Origin: Dethiosulfovibrio peptidovorans | GTDB taxonomy: Bacteria > Synergistota > Synergistia > Synergistales > Dethiosulfovibrionaceae | NCBI GenBank assembly: GCA_002748665.1 | Contig: PDTB01000031.1 | Location: forward strand, 890 to 64,889 | Direction: 5' to 3' | DNA length: 64,000 nt | Shown: piece by piece, positions 27,650 through 36,928 of the stretch | How the letters are laid out: each line of letters begins with the position of its first letter | How positions within the stretch are numbered: position 1 is the stretch's first letter | Notes under the pieces: generated by a model | Told to the model about the DNA's origin: nothing | Database searches by the model: none | What the model saw: the letters and a program-made list of their open reading frames with translations, nothing else | Position numbers and translations under genes: made by a program

Positions 27650-28354
27650 ATGACTCGGGGAGAAAGGCTTCGTCGAGCGAGAAAAGGACAGAATCTGACA
27701 CAAACTGAACTGGCGCAGCTCTCTGGAGTGCGTCAGAATACCATCAGTCAGGCCGAAAATGACCGAATAGGGTTGTCCATCGATACGTGGGAGAGCCTTG
27801 CGTCGGCGTTGGGATGCTCTGCGGGTTTCTTGATCAGCGGAGAGGGGGAGCCCCCCGAGGGAATGCTTTCGGGAGCAAGCAGCTCCTTTGCCTCTGGTCG
27901 GTGGGTTGATGTTCCGGTTTTAGGAAAGTCCATGATTGCCTGTGCAGGATACGGTGCTGGGGGAATGGCCGAGGTCTACGCTGACGCCGATGAGTTTTTA
28001 CGTCTTCCGGGAGAGTTCTTTCGAACCGTCTCTCGGGAGCCCGACCGATATCCCTTCATCGTGACCGTCGAAGGAGACAGCATGGAGGAAGCGGGAATAC
28101 TGGATGGCTCTCAGGTGGTGGTTAACCCCGGGGAGGAAGTTTACGATGGTGATCCCGCTCTGGTGAGTTTTGGGCGGAACGGAGACTGGGCTGTTAAATG
28201 GGTGTATTGGTGTCGAACGGGAGGAGTGGAGATCCGGTCATCCTCTTTGAAATATCCACCAAGGTTCTTTTCCGATGAGGATATCGAAGAAGGGTTGTTT
28301 CAAATTCTGGGTAAGGTCGTTCGAACCCTTGGGGTCCCTCGACGAGGGGCTTGA
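27650..28354 (+). CDS. XRE-family HTH + S24 peptidase repressor (phage cI / LexA-like self-cleaving type)
   Basis: N-terminal HTH LTQTELAQLSGVRQNTISQAEN. C-terminal S24 domain with the Ser in VEGDSMEE and the Lys in WAVKWV. Confidence 0.85.
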   Translation: MTRGERLRRARKGQNLTQTELAQLSGVRQNTISQAENDRIGLSIDTWESLASALGCSAGFLISGEGEPPEGMLSGASSSFASGRWVDVPVLGKSMIACAGYGAGGMAEVYADADEFLRLPGEFFRTVSREPDRYPFIVTVEGDSMEEAGILDGSQVVVNPGEEVYDGDPALVSFGRNGDWAVKWVYWCRTGGVEIRSSSLKYPPRFFSDEDIEEGLFQILGKVVRTLGVPRRGA

Positions 28355-28885
28355 TCTTGCAGAGCCTGAAATTCGTATCTCTTTCACATCGTTGATTCTC
28401 TGCTTAGTCCAATGTGGTTGCCTTTGGTCAGGGGCAGCTTTGTCGCTCCTCTTCCTGATAAATCGGGATCGATGCCACGATAGCTTCTCTCTACGAAAAA
28501 AACAAATTGCAACTCAACGAGACATTTGTCTGACTATAGAACATCATGGGCATTCTCTTTAAAAAGGGGTTGCTGTTAAAAGCCCCCTTCGTAGTCCCCT
28601 GCAGGAGAAGAATCTCGGAGGCTTATTCCTTTTCTTATGATTTTTAATTATTATTCAATTTAACAGAATCTTGCCATGTTTGAGTTTGTGATTTGAAGGT
28701 GACGCGAGAGTTCTCCACGTCGTCTTCTTTTATCGTATCAGAGTACTTATTTTGAGTAGTTCTATCTGTCATGCGATTTTTCGTTCAATATCCAGAGGAA
28801 GAGTTACCCCTAAGTGTTCAGAGAAAAAGTCCCAGTAGAGTCTCCATGCTCTAAGTGTTGTCGCAGGGTTGTTTGAAAGTACATC

Positions 28886-29287
28886 TCAGGGGTAGTTTGG
28901 GGTGGGCCTGTGAAGGATCACAGGTTCGCCTTTTTTTGCCGGTACTTTGTTTTGAGAAGCGCGCTCCTGCTTATCGACTTCCCTCATCTCGATTCTCCGC
29001 TTCTTGTGCGCAGTCCATATCTTCCCGGAGAGTATCCCTGATTTCGACAGCAGTCTGGGCAGGACTTTGTTGGCATCCTCAATATCAGAAACACCAGGGA
29101 GCCTCAGCTCTCCAGACAGTTTGCCTTGCAGAGTTTTCCACAAACGTTCAACACATCCCTTGGCTTCAGAAGAGAGGACGAAGACCTTACCTGTACCGAA
29201 GACAAAACTTTGGGAGAACGAAAAGAAGTCGTGATACTTGTTCGTATACAGACTGGGTATCTCCTGGAGGAGGGGTGACAGTATCAC
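28886..29287 (-). mobile_element. Transposase remnant (DDE/rve C-terminal fragment, ISNCY-like), no intact IS
   Basis: The segment SSEAKGCVERLWKTLQGKLSGELRLPGVSDIEDANKVLP resembles the SPQAKGRVER...TLQDRL..ELRL.GI...EEAN end of ISNCY-type transposases. The flanks are non-homologous and no catalytic core is present. Confidence 0.5.
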
Positions 29288-29386
29288 TGAGCAATGACAT
29301 CTATCTTGACAAATGTAGTGGGATATAGCTACAATATTCCAAGCCTTCTTGTTTTTTCAATCTAACTATTCAGGAGAGAAGAGGAT

Positions 29387-30790
29387 ATGACTCTATCTGC
29401 AAAATCGAGACTCTACCTTGGTTTTATTAGTATGATGGCCTTGATTTTTGTCGCCCTCTCCGTCAGAGATGCATTGGCGGCCAAGAAGAAGTACGACACC
29501 TGGCGAGAGGTTGCCGCCGATATGTCTCTGGAATTTAACGCTGCCAGACACGATATCGAGAATGACAAGTACCGGGATGCCTACAAACACATGAACAAAG
29601 CCTACTTTGGCTTTTACGAGGTTCAAGGGTTTGAAAAAAACGTCATGGTTGTAATCTCCTCTGCTCGTGTGGGGCATATTGAGGCTTTGTTTGCCAGCAT
29701 AAAACATGCGTTGTTAGGCAACACGGAGATGCCCAAGGCTACCATCCTGAACTCTCTGGAGGCTCTCAGGGTGAAGGTGTACAAGGATGCGATGGTTTTA
29801 GACGGTGTGGTCAATGCGGATGATCCCGATAGCCTCGGCGAGGCTGTATATGGAGATGTGGGCAAACCTGCTTTGGCGGGTGCTTCATCTAAGAAAGAGG
29901 CGGAAGCCTATACGTCCGAGCCTCAGGCTGAAAGCGCTTCAGAAGAAAAGCCCCGTTCTCCCTCAGGTGTGGCTCCAGGTAGGGGATGGTTTTCCTTTTT
30001 GACAGCTTTTGGCCTTTTGGTTCGCGAGGGGCTTGAGGCTATCCTCGTTATCGTGGCTATAGTCGCCTACCTGATCAAGACGGGCAACGGACGAATGGTG
30101 CGAAGTGTCTATTATGGTTCCATTGCGGCCATTGGTGCAAGCGTAGTGTTGGCTGTCGTTTTGGAGTTCTTCATGGGTGAGGCAAGCGGTGTGGCTCGGG
30201 AGCTTCTGGAGGGTTGGACCATGTTTTTGGCTGTGGCCGTCCTCTTCTACGTCAGTAATTGGATGCTCTCCAAGTCCGAGACCGAGGCTTGGACCGAGTA
30301 TATTAGCGATAAAGTTCAACAATCCATTGATCGGCGAAGCCAGATGACTCTCGTTTTTGCGGCCTTCATCGCCGTGATGAGGGAGGGGGCTGAGTTAATC
30401 CTGTTCTATAAGGCTGCCTTCTCGGGTGGTATGAGCAGTACCCCTCACATCGTATACGGGATTTTAGCTGGTGTGATCGTCTTGATTGCGGTCTACGTGG
30501 CTTTCCGATACTTCAGCGTTAAACTCCCTCTTAAACCCTTCTTCCTGTTTACCAGTATTTTACTCTTTGTTCTCTGTGTATCATTCATGGGTAAGGGGGT
30601 TGTTGAGCTTACCGAAGCCGACGTTATTATGGGGAGTACTGTTATCCCGTCTATGCACGGATTTTCCATCGAGTTCCTGAATATATACGATAGGGCTGAG
30701 ACTCTGATCCCTCAGGTTATGCTCATCATCGCTGCGGTGTGGATCATTCTTTCTCATTCCTTGGGAAATTCAAAGAAGGCAAAACAGTAG
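29387..30790 (+). CDS. FTR1-family high-affinity iron permease with a ~190-aa N-terminal extracytoplasmic domain
   Basis: Two REGxE motifs (VREGLEAILV, MREGAELILF) in a 7-TM core, with a signal/anchor at the N-terminus. Confidence 0.85.
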   Translation: MTLSAKSRLYLGFISMMALIFVALSVRDALAAKKKYDTWREVAADMSLEFNAARHDIENDKYRDAYKHMNKAYFGFYEVQGFEKNVMVVISSARVGHIEALFASIKHALLGNTEMPKATILNSLEALRVKVYKDAMVLDGVVNADDPDSLGEAVYGDVGKPALAGASSKKEAEAYTSEPQAESASEEKPRSPSGVAPGRGWFSFLTAFGLLVREGLEAILVIVAIVAYLIKTGNGRMVRSVYYGSIAAIGASVVLAVVLEFFMGEASGVARELLEGWTMFLAVAVLFYVSNWMLSKSETEAWTEYISDKVQQSIDRRSQMTLVFAAFIAVMREGAELILFYKAAFSGGMSSTPHIVYGILAGVIVLIAVYVAFRYFSVKLPLKPFFLFTSILLFVLCVSFMGKGVVELTEADVIMGSTVIPSMHGFSIEFLNIYDRAETLIPQVMLIIAAVWIILSHSLGNSKKAKQ

Positions 30791-30862
30791 GTCCTTTACA
30801 TATTTTGATAAGAGGTCCCTGGTGGGCTTTTTATACAAAATCTTTTACTCAGGAGGTAGTTT

Positions 30863-31465
30863 ATGTTTAAGAAATGTGCGGTAACAGTTCTTTTTGTGGT
30901 AGCCCTCTTAGCCATGGTTTCTGTGGCTATGGCAGGGGTCCAGGCAGAAAAACCTGGTGAAAGCGGGTTTGTCGAGATTCCTATTGGTGAAGAAGTCCAG
31001 GTTGGCCCTTACAACGTGGCTGCTGTGTATTTCCAGGCAGTGGATATGTATCCTCCGGGGAAGAATCCCTCTAAGGAAGAGTCTGACATGCACCTTGAGG
31101 CGGATATCCATCTTCAGCCTTCCTACGCTGTGCTGTATGGCTTCGGCTCTGGTGAGAATATCTGGCCAGCATATCTGACGGTTAAGTACGAAGTTCGGGA
31201 TATCAAGAGCGGCAAGGTCGTCAAAGAGGGTAGCTTCATGCCCATGAATGCCGACGATGGTCCTCACTACGGGGCAAACATCAAGAAAGGTATGACGGTT
31301 GGACGCTATAAGCTGAAGCTCATCATCGAGCCTCCGACGGATTACCTTCTTCACACTGACCCCGAGACCGGCGTCCCCGCCAAAGAGGGTGCCAAAGACT
31401 ACTTCAAAACCTATACCACTGAGTTCGACTGGAACTACACGGCTGAGCAACTGCAGAACAAGTAG
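30863..31465 (+). CDS. P19/Tp34-type periplasmic iron-transport protein
   Basis: Signal peptide, MHLEADIHL metal-site motif and GPHYGANI. This is the usual partner immediately after an FTR1 permease. Confidence 0.8.
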   Translation: MFKKCAVTVLFVVALLAMVSVAMAGVQAEKPGESGFVEIPIGEEVQVGPYNVAAVYFQAVDMYPPGKNPSKEESDMHLEADIHLQPSYAVLYGFGSGENIWPAYLTVKYEVRDIKSGKVVKEGSFMPMNADDGPHYGANIKKGMTVGRYKLKLIIEPPTDYLLHTDPETGVPAKEGAKDYFKTYTTEFDWNYTAEQLQNK

Positions 31466-31503
31466 AGGCGACCGTGTAAGATAGCAATAACGTACAAATA
31501 GTC

Positions 31504-31560
31504 GCAGGGCGCCTGCTCATCACTGGTCGGTTTTTTCGCCGAGATGATGCGGTGCCCTGC
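31504..31560 (+). promoter_or_regulatory. Long imperfect hairpin with internal T6, in the 166-nt gap after the P19 gene
   Basis: Outer stem GCAGGGCGCC/GGTGCCCTGC (one G-U pair), inner CATCA/TGATG. Candidate partial terminator or mRNA stabiliser. Confidence 0.3.
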
Positions 31561-31631
31561 ACCATTTTAATGGTAGGAGAGGTTGCGCAATTCTCAAATT
31601 TCTTGTAGCTGTCACTGATCATCTTGCATCT

Positions 31632-32858
31632 TTGTTCTTCATGATCGGTCTGGTTCTGAACTTTGTCGTTCGTGCCGGGGAAAGGATAGAGAGGTTCATA
31701 ATTTCGATTGGAACGGTCATAGGTGTCTTGCTGGGGGCCGTTGTTTTTGCTGTCCGGCTATTTGACCCAAAGGGAATGAACGTGCCTCTCATGAAGTTCA
31801 ATCGTTGGGCTGTAGTGGCCGTTGCGACTGTGGCCCTGATTGCTCTCATCTGGAGGGGAGGGTGTGCCCTTCTTCGTCGTCAAGGCCGTTGTTGGATTTG
31901 TGGGTATGTCCTCTCTTTGACGGGCCTGCTTGTCCTGTCCCTGATGTATCTCATGCCCCAGGTCTTCCAGTACACGCAAGAATTTGTGTATTTCGGCGAG
32001 ATCGGGGTCAGTACGATGGCTCTCTTGAGGGGCATTGGTTTTTGTCTCGGATTGATCGTTTGTTCGTTCTTGTCCTTGAGCGTTCTTCGCGTTTCTCAGG
32101 CTCTTGGGTATAGGGGCAGTCTTCTGGTTCTGAACTGTTCGCTTCTTTTCTTCTTTTTGGAATACAGTGTTAAAGCTGTTGCGGCCCTTCAGAGACTGAA
32201 AATCATCGGCCTGTCGGACTTCGTTTTTGAGATCATGATTTTTGGGGATAATTTTTCCAACGTGTTTCTCTTTGCACAGCTTCTTTTAGGGGGCATTCTG
32301 CTCTCCTATGTCGTGGTGACTCATTGGTCTGTTCAAGGTGAGTTCCCGAATAAGGCTCGACGACGTAAGGAAAAAGCGCGCCTTCGGGGCTTTCGTCGGT
32401 GGTCGTATAGCCTTTTGACATGGTCAGTTATCACGGTCGTTATCGTCGTTGTCCTTCATTACTTTGATACAAAACCGCCTGCTGAGATTCAGCCGGAAGG
32501 GTACGAAATACAAGAGGGGATCATTACCATCAATCTCGATCAGGTTGCTGATGGTCATCTTCATAAGTTTTCTTATGTCACGCCTGCTGGGTACGATGTG
32601 AGGTTCCTGGTGGTGAAGAAACCCGTGGGGACAGCCTATGGAGTGGGGTTGGATGCCTGTGAAATCTGCGGTATTGCCGGTTATTTTGAGCGAGGAGAGG
32701 AAGATGTCGTTTGTCGACGTTGCGACGTGGTCATGAACAAGAACACCATAGGTTTTAAGGGCGGCTGCAACCCGATTCCCTTTGCCTACGAGGTCAAGGA
32801 CTCAAAAATATACATCGATGTGAGGGAACTTGAACGTCATGAAAAGCGTTTCAAGTAG
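31632..32858 (+). CDS. Polytopic membrane protein with Cys-rich C-terminal extracytoplasmic domain (DUF2318-like, P19-cluster associated)
   Basis: About 8 TM segments, then ...GLDACEICGIAGYF...VVCRRCDVVMN...GGCNPIPF. The start is uncertain: TTG at 31632 or ATG at 31641, with no clear RBS. Confidence 0.7.
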   Translation: MFFMIGLVLNFVVRAGERIERFIISIGTVIGVLLGAVVFAVRLFDPKGMNVPLMKFNRWAVVAVATVALIALIWRGGCALLRRQGRCWICGYVLSLTGLLVLSLMYLMPQVFQYTQEFVYFGEIGVSTMALLRGIGFCLGLIVCSFLSLSVLRVSQALGYRGSLLVLNCSLLFFFLEYSVKAVAALQRLKIIGLSDFVFEIMIFGDNFSNVFLFAQLLLGGILLSYVVVTHWSVQGEFPNKARRRKEKARLRGFRRWSYSLLTWSVITVVIVVVLHYFDTKPPAEIQPEGYEIQEGIITINLDQVADGHLHKFSYVTPAGYDVRFLVVKKPVGTAYGVGLDACEICGIAGYFERGEEDVVCRRCDVVMNKNTIGFKGGCNPIPFAYEVKDSKIYIDVRELERHEKRFK

Positions 32859-32867
32859 GAGGGCCCA

Positions 32868-34157
32868 GTGTTTTGGAGAATGATTGGGCGGACTGTCGCT
32901 CGCCAGAAAAGCAAGATGTTTATGATCGCTTTCACCGTAACCTTGGGGGTCTCTCTCTCTACGGCCATGATGAATGTCATGCTGGGTATTGGGGATAAGG
33001 TGAACCGGGAACTGAAGGTATATGGAGCTAACATCGTCGTTCGTCACAAGGACGCAGCTCTCATGAATGACCTCTACGGTTTGGATGAGGGACGCGGCGT
33101 GACGGATAAGTTCCTGTTGGAGGAGGATATGTTGAAGCTCAAGACTATCTTCTGGGGTTTCAACATCATTGACTTTGCGCCTCTCCTTGCAGCCAGAGCG
33201 ACGATCGACGGAATAAAGGGAGAGGTCCCGATTCTTGGGACGTGGGTTCAAAAACGTGCGGATCTCCCTACCGGGGAGTCGTTGGATACGGGGTTGCAAA
33301 ACCTCAGAACCTGGTGGCACATAGATCTTGTAGGCCAGTGGCTGTGTCAGGATGACGACGATTATGTCATGTTGGGGAGTCTTCTCGCCGGGCGCAATGG
33401 TATCTCCGTGGGGGATGTGATCACTCTCAGGCACGGTGATGCCTCCCGACAGGTGACGGTCAAGGGCATCTACATCGATGGTGGTGCCGGAGATGAGCAT
33501 GTTGTAGGAAGCCTCAAGATGGTTCAGGAGCTTGTGGGCTTTCAGGGGAAAGTCTCCCGGATTGAGGTGTCGGCTATCACTACGCCGGATAATGACCTGG
33601 CCCGGCGCGCTGCGCAGGATCCTCAGAGCTTGAGTCCTACCGATTACGAGACATGGTACTGCACGGCCTACGTCAGCGCTATTTGTCACCAGATTCAGGA
33701 AGTCGTCCGTGATGGGGTGGCCAAGCCGGTGCGACAGGTGGCAGAGTCGGAGGGAACTATTTTGAACAAAACGACCTTTCTCATGACGTTGATCACGATT
33801 CTGAGTTCCATAGGGTCGGCCCTTGCAATCTCCAACCTTATCACCGCCGGTGTCATCGAGCGGAGCCAGGAGTTGGGGCTCCTGAAGGCTCTGGGAGCGT
33901 TGAACTCGCAAATTATCCTTCTCGTTCTGGCTGAGGTCATGATCATCGGTTTTGTCGGAGGTCTGTTGGGGTATTTCGTTGGCATTGGGTTTGCTCAGAT
34001 CATAGGGTTGACCGTCTTTGGCTCCTATATTGAACTCTCCCGTATGGTGATACCAATCATTTCAGTCATCCTCTTCTTTGTTGTCCTCTTGGGAAGCATC
34101 CCGGCTATCCGATATCTGTTGAACCTGAAACCCACGGAGGTCCTTCATGGGAAATAG
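32868..34157 (+). CDS. ABC transporter permease, FtsX/MacB type
   Basis: N-terminal TM, large periplasmic domain, and C-terminal FtsX 3-TM bundle (LGLLKALGA...). GTG start after AGGAGGG. Confidence 0.8.
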   Translation: MFWRMIGRTVARQKSKMFMIAFTVTLGVSLSTAMMNVMLGIGDKVNRELKVYGANIVVRHKDAALMNDLYGLDEGRGVTDKFLLEEDMLKLKTIFWGFNIIDFAPLLAARATIDGIKGEVPILGTWVQKRADLPTGESLDTGLQNLRTWWHIDLVGQWLCQDDDDYVMLGSLLAGRNGISVGDVITLRHGDASRQVTVKGIYIDGGAGDEHVVGSLKMVQELVGFQGKVSRIEVSAITTPDNDLARRAAQDPQSLSPTDYETWYCTAYVSAICHQIQEVVRDGVAKPVRQVAESEGTILNKTTFLMTLITILSSIGSALAISNLITAGVIERSQELGLLKALGALNSQIILLVLAEVMIIGFVGGLLGYFVGIGFAQIIGLTVFGSYIELSRMVIPIISVILFFVVLLGSIPAIRYLLNLKPTEVLHGK

Positions 34158-35364
34158 AGTCGGAAGCAGAAAAAAAATGTATCTGAAGATGGTGTTGAGC
34201 TCCCTGATCAGGCGGAGTTCCCGTCTCATGGTGGCTATCCTGGCCATCGCTATAGGGGCGACCATCCTTTCGGGGTTGGTGACCATCTATTACGACATTC
34301 CCAGACAGCTTGGACGGGAGTTTCGCTCCTATGGGGCAAATTTGATCCTTTTGCCCGAGGGAGACAGGAAAATATCCCGGGCTGACATTGAGAAGGTCAA
34401 GAAGATTATCGGTGAGGGGCAAATCGTCGGGATGGCTCCTTACCGGTATCAGACGGTCAAGATCAACGAACAGCCGTACATCATGGCCGGAACCGATCTC
34501 GCTCAGGCAAAAGAGAACAGTCCCTTCTGGTTTGTGGAAGGAGAATGGGGAACGAAGGCCACCCCTGATCAGGTTATGGTGGGCAGGGAGATCGCCCGAA
34601 CGTTAAACCTCACCCTGGGAGATCCCTTCGTCGTCAAAGGCGTGAAATACGGAGAACAGGCGGTAGCCTCCAAGCAAACGTTCAGTGCTGAGGAAAATAT
34701 ACAGAAGGACATTGGAGCCCAGTATTTCAGCAAAAAGCTGTTTGTGAAGGGCATCGTCACCACGGGAGGAGCCGAGGAAGGGTTTATCTTTGTGGACATA
34801 GGCATGTTGGACACTCTCGTCGGCGACAGCTTTAAAAGTGACGTGGTTGAGTGCAGTGTGGTGGCCGATGCTGCCAAGCTCAAATCCATTACGAAACAGG
34901 TGGCAGCGGAGCTCCCTGGAATTCAGCCTCGGGCAGTCCGTCGTCTTACCCAGTCACAGGATATCGTTCTCGGCAAGCTGCAGGCTCTGGTCTATCTCGT
35001 CACCATCGTGGTGTTGATCATCACGATGGTTTCAGTGTCCACGACGATGATGGCGATGGTTGCCGAGCGGAAGAAGGAGATCGGTCTGAAAAAAGCTTTG
35101 GGGGCCGATAATTGCCTTATCATACGCGAATTTTTAGGAGAGGGCGTTTTTCTTGGCTGTATCGGAGGGCTTATCGGCGTCGCTTTGGGATTTGAGTTCG
35201 CCCAGAGGGTCAGTCTCAGCGTCTTCGGTCGGGCCATCAATTTTCAGTGGTCCCTTGTTCCTATAACTATTACGGTGTTCATCGTCATTACCATCGTAGC
35301 TTCCATTCTGCCCGTTCGCAGGGTGATGGACATCCATCCGGCCATAGTGCTGAGGGGTGAATAA
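34147..35364 (+). CDS. ABC transporter permease, FtsX/MacB type (second subunit)
   Basis: Same architecture (KEIGLKKALGA...). Overlaps the previous gene by 11 nt. Confidence 0.8.
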   Translation: MGNRVGSRKKMYLKMVLSSLIRRSSRLMVAILAIAIGATILSGLVTIYYDIPRQLGREFRSYGANLILLPEGDRKISRADIEKVKKIIGEGQIVGMAPYRYQTVKINEQPYIMAGTDLAQAKENSPFWFVEGEWGTKATPDQVMVGREIARTLNLTLGDPFVVKGVKYGEQAVASKQTFSAEENIQKDIGAQYFSKKLFVKGIVTTGGAEEGFIFVDIGMLDTLVGDSFKSDVVECSVVADAAKLKSITKQVAAELPGIQPRAVRRLTQSQDIVLGKLQALVYLVTIVVLIITMVSVSTTMMAMVAERKKEIGLKKALGADNCLIIREFLGEGVFLGCIGGLIGVALGFEFAQRVSLSVFGRAINFQWSLVPITITVFIVITIVASILPVRRVMDIHPAIVLRGE

Positions 35365-36052
35365 ATTGAGCAGGATATTGGAACTGTCGAAAGTATCGAA
35401 GATCTATGGTGCACTGCACGCATTGTCGGAAATCGACCTGGCCGTGGATGCTGGCAATTGGCTGGCGATAATGGGCCCCTCCGGGTCGGGCAAAACCACG
35501 ATGATCAATATCATCGGCTGTATGGACCGTCCATCGGTAGGCAGTGTCATCCTGGATGGGCAGGACATCAGTCGGGAGAACGCCAAAAATTTGACGAAGA
35601 TCCGTCGGGATAAAATTGGGCTTATCTTTCAGCAGTTTCATCTTATCGGCTATTTGAACGCTCTCGAGAATGTGATGGTTGCCCAGTACTATCACAGCAT
35701 GCCAGACGCGGCGGAGGCGATGGAAGCTCTGGAAAAGGTCGGGCTGAAGGAGAGGGCCCGTCATCTTCCGAGGCAGCTTTCGGGAGGAGAGCAGCAACGA
35801 GTCTGTATCGCCAGAGCGCTGATCAACTCGCCGGATATTCTGTTGGCTGACGAGCCAACGGGGAACCTGGACGAGGAAAACGAGGGTATGGTCATCGATA
35901 TCCTGAAAAATCTCCATAAAGAAGGGGCAACCATCGTCGTCGTGACCCACGATCCTGCAGTGGGTGACGTGGCAGAACGAAAGATTGTCCTGGAGTATGG
36001 AAAGATCGTTCAGGATATAGACCAAACTGTAGAAGGGCGGCGGAAGTCGTGA
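35357..36052 (+). CDS. ABC transporter ATP-binding protein (MacB/LolD type)
   Basis: Walker A GPSGSGKTT, LSGGEQQRV, ILLADEPTGNLD. GTG start overlapping the upstream stop. Confidence 0.9.
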   Translation: MNKLSRILELSKVSKIYGALHALSEIDLAVDAGNWLAIMGPSGSGKTTMINIIGCMDRPSVGSVILDGQDISRENAKNLTKIRRDKIGLIFQQFHLIGYLNALENVMVAQYYHSMPDAAEAMEALEKVGLKERARHLPRQLSGGEQQRVCIARALINSPDILLADEPTGNLDEENEGMVIDILKNLHKEGATIVVVTHDPAVGDVAERKIVLEYGKIVQDIDQTVEGRRKS

Positions 36053-36471
36053 AAAATCGTTTGGGAATAGCTCTTGTGGCTTTGGTTGCTGTCGCTGTTG
36101 TTGGGATTGTCGTGTTTCGCAAAGCATCCACTCCTCAGTCCCGAAAGGATGGCGTGTATCAAGGAGAATTCCATAACGAGGAGAAGGGGAGCAGCACCAG
36201 GGTGACTCTCAAGATGAGAGGTGGAAAGATCGTTGATTGTCAGATGACAGCTCTTGATGCCGAAGGGCATGTCAAGGACGAGAACTACGGAAAAAACAGT
36301 GGCGCGGAAAACTATCGACGAGCTCAACTTGCTGTAGAGGGTATGCAACAATATCCAGAGATGCTTTTAAAGATGCAGGATGTTGATACGATGGACGCCG
36401 TCTCTGGAGCCACCGTGACGTTCAAGGAATTCCAGGCGGCAGTGCGTAGAGCCCTTAAGGAGGCTAAGTAA
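36049..36471 (+). CDS. Membrane-anchored FMN_bind-domain protein (ApbE flavinylation substrate type)
   Basis: N-terminal TM anchor and the C-terminal motif DAVSGATVT (the D..SGAT flavinylation motif). Confidence 0.8.
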   Translation: MKNRLGIALVALVAVAVVGIVVFRKASTPQSRKDGVYQGEFHNEEKGSSTRVTLKMRGGKIVDCQMTALDAEGHVKDENYGKNSGAENYRRAQLAVEGMQQYPEMLLKMQDVDTMDAVSGATVTFKEFQAAVRRALKEAK

Positions 36472-36474
36472 ATT

Positions 36475-36927
36475 ATGAAAATAAATCGCAAAAACTTTTT
36501 TGTTCTTTTGAATGTGGTTTTAGGAGTCGTTCTCGCCCTACTTCCCTTTGTACTATTCCCCGTCTGCACTAAGATGGCTCCCGACGGCAATCCCATGAAA
36601 TGCTACTACACCGGTATTTTTACCGTGATCATGGGGTGTCTTGTCGTGGCTATCGCGCTCCTTGTTTTTATGGCGCAAAAAAAAGGCTGGCTTCGATCCT
36701 GGTCGTATATTTTGACGGCTGTCATCGCTCTCGTGTGCTACATGGTTCCTCACAGGATCATCCCCATCGGGAACAAATCGGTCAACGGATGGGAATGCGG
36801 ACTGTGCGCTAACGCGCACCACAGTTGTTTTGCTGTAACCATGCCGGCGCTGACGAAGCTTATTATCGTGATCGTTTTGGTGAACATCGCTGCTTTGATC
36901 TATCGATTTGTTGCTGAGGAGCGTTGA
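36475..36927 (+). CDS. 4-TM membrane protein with conserved Cys residues (DUF4418-like)
   Basis: MKCYYTG and GWECGLCANAHHSC lie between hydrophobic helices. As I recall, this family is usually found next to FtsX-type ABC permeases. Confidence 0.55.
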   Translation: MKINRKNFFVLLNVVLGVVLALLPFVLFPVCTKMAPDGNPMKCYYTGIFTVIMGCLVVAIALLVFMAQKKGWLRSWSYILTAVIALVCYMVPHRIIPIGNKSVNGWECGLCANAHHSCFAVTMPALTKLIIVIVLVNIAALIYRFVAEER

Positions 36928-36928
36928 C

